The position numbers and the translations under genes are program-made. The notes below the pieces were generated by a model. The model had not been told where the DNA came from. It saw only the letters and a program-made list of their open reading frames with translations, and did no database searches. From Naegleria gruberi (lineage: Eukaryota), in the NCBI GenBank assembly GCA_000004985.1, contig GG738859.1: 64,000 nt of DNA; one strand, given 5' to 3'. Below are positions 63,034 to 64,000 of this stretch, piece by piece; position 1 is the stretch's first letter, and the number at the start of each line of letters is the position of its first letter.

Positions 63034-64000
63034 ATGCTCTCCAACAATAATCACCGTGGTAATAATATTGGTGGTGATGAAAGTGATGGAAGTGATGACG
63101 AATTTCCATCAAGAGCAGCATCAAATTATGTGGGTGGAGATTTTTATGATGAATTTGGTAATTATAGAGGAGCCGAGTTGAGTAGTGATGAGGAAGATCT
63201 TGATAATACACAAAATAGAGGCATCATTTCTATTGATGATTCATCAATATCTAAGCCTTCATCAGTGGTTCTCCATGAAGATAAAGAATATTATCCAACA
63301 GCTGAGGAAATTTATGGTGAAGGTGTGGATGTGATGGTAGAAGATGAAGATCGTCAACCATTGGAAAAGCCTATCATTGAACCTGTTAAAAGCACAACAT
63401 GGAATTTAGTAGAGAAGGAATACAACGAAGCTCAACCTGTAAATTTCTCATGGGAATACCTTTTAGAATTAATGAAAATTCCTAGCAGCATTAGAAATAT
63501 TTCTATTGTTGGTCATTTACATCACGGAAAAACATCATTTGTTGATCAATTAGTTCGTTTCACACACAACAATTATAGGGATTATCAACTTGACAAGGAT
63601 TTAAATTATACTGATATTCGTCCAGATGAACATCGTAGAGGATTGAGCATCAAATCATCACCAATGACTCTCTTGCTCGAGAGTACCAAACAAAAATCTT
63701 ACCTGGTAAATATTATGGACACTCCTGGTCATATTAACTTTTCTGATGAATTAACTGCATCAATGAGAATTTCCGATGGTATTGTTCTTGTAGTTGATGC
63801 TCTTGAAGGAGTAATGTCAAATACTGTGGAAATTATCAAACAAGCAGTACAAGAAAGATTACCAATTGTATTACTTATCAATAAGTTGGACAGATTAATT
63901 TTGGAACTCAAATTACCTCCAAATGATACATACCACAAACTAAAACACACAATTTCAGAGGTGAATAATATTTTAAAGAATACAATTCATGATGAATCCC
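63034..64000 (+). CDS. U5 snRNP 116-kDa GTPase Snu114/EFTUD2, 5' portion; the gene continues past the window end
   Basis: Acidic N-terminal domain [48 protein letters not shown] (human EFTUD2 [45 protein letters not shown]). G-domain [92 protein letters not shown] (human [34 protein letters not shown]). ATG at 63034 (aaaaATGctc). Confidence 0.8.
   Translation, partial: [322 protein letters not shown]

Noticed and set aside
62731-63211. ORFs 62731..62961 (+) and 62909..63211 (-) between Furry and Snu114.
   Set aside because: The first has an odd composition (W/C/F-rich) and no homology. The second overlaps the real Snu114 start region antisense. They are most likely promoter or UTR sequence.

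Overview
This 64-kb window is a gene-dense, AT-rich (roughly 65-70% A+T) stretch of a eukaryotic nuclear genome. I see no prokaryotic, viral or mobile-element content. About 33 protein-coding genes fill both strands, one per roughly 2 kb.

Gene structure and organism: Most genes are single-exon. About a third carry short spliceosomal introns, mostly 35-49 nt and a few 74-126 nt, with GTAAGT/GTAGGT/GTGAGT donors and (T/A)AG acceptors. Almost every start codon sits in an A-rich context (aaaaATG). The ORF track marks many TTG/GTG/CTG codons as 'M'; I re-anchored starts to real ATGs where possible. Proteins carry homopolymeric Ser/Asn/Asp/Gln tracts. The gene repertoire includes delta-tubulin, a CCDC113/CCDC96-like ciliary coiled-coil protein, kinesin-13 and Furry, so the organism builds centrioles and flagella. 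Dictyostelids and Entamoeba are therefore excluded. Read-through of TAA/TAG is not used, so ciliate genetic codes are excluded too. Density, GC content and the fraction of genes with introns fit a free-living amoeboflagellate such as Naegleria, but that is inference only.

Recognisable products, by strength of match:
- Well supported: RAD17-like clamp loader; penta-EF-hand ALG-2-like protein; VPS16 (5 exons); UBE3A/E6AP-like HECT ligase with an N-terminal AZUL zinc finger (4 exons); PEX10 RING peroxin, whose ORF hides an in-frame 48-nt intron; delta-tubulin (3 exons); FA2H/Scs7-type cytochrome-b5-fused fatty acid 2-hydroxylase; Rho/Rac GTPase with a CaaX box (6 exons); kinesin-13 motor; two XRN-family 5'-3' exoribonucleases 2.6 kb apart; Furry/Mor2 (about 2519 aa, including a 5' exon the ORF track split off); the N-terminal part of Snu114/EFTUD2.
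- Weaker family assignments: phosducin-like thioredoxin-fold protein; F-box/LRR protein; KCTD-type BTB protein; two paralogous RGS-domain proteins; F-box protein; peptidase C45-like Ntn hydrolase.
- Hypothetical or low-complexity proteins: several.

I found no defence-island or operon-like 'system' in the prokaryotic sense. The notable items are:
- a 33-nt tandem repeat mini-gene that encodes 11-residue W/F-P-D-x-K-[IV]-Q-[IV]-V-[DN] repeats and is interrupted by an in-frame TAA;
- hidden in-frame or missed introns in PEX10 and Furry;
- paired divergent XRN paralogs;
- an RGS pair with START-like C-terminal halves;
- convergent genes whose stop codons overlap;
- GC-richer islands in two long intergenic gaps that may hold unannotated small RNAs.
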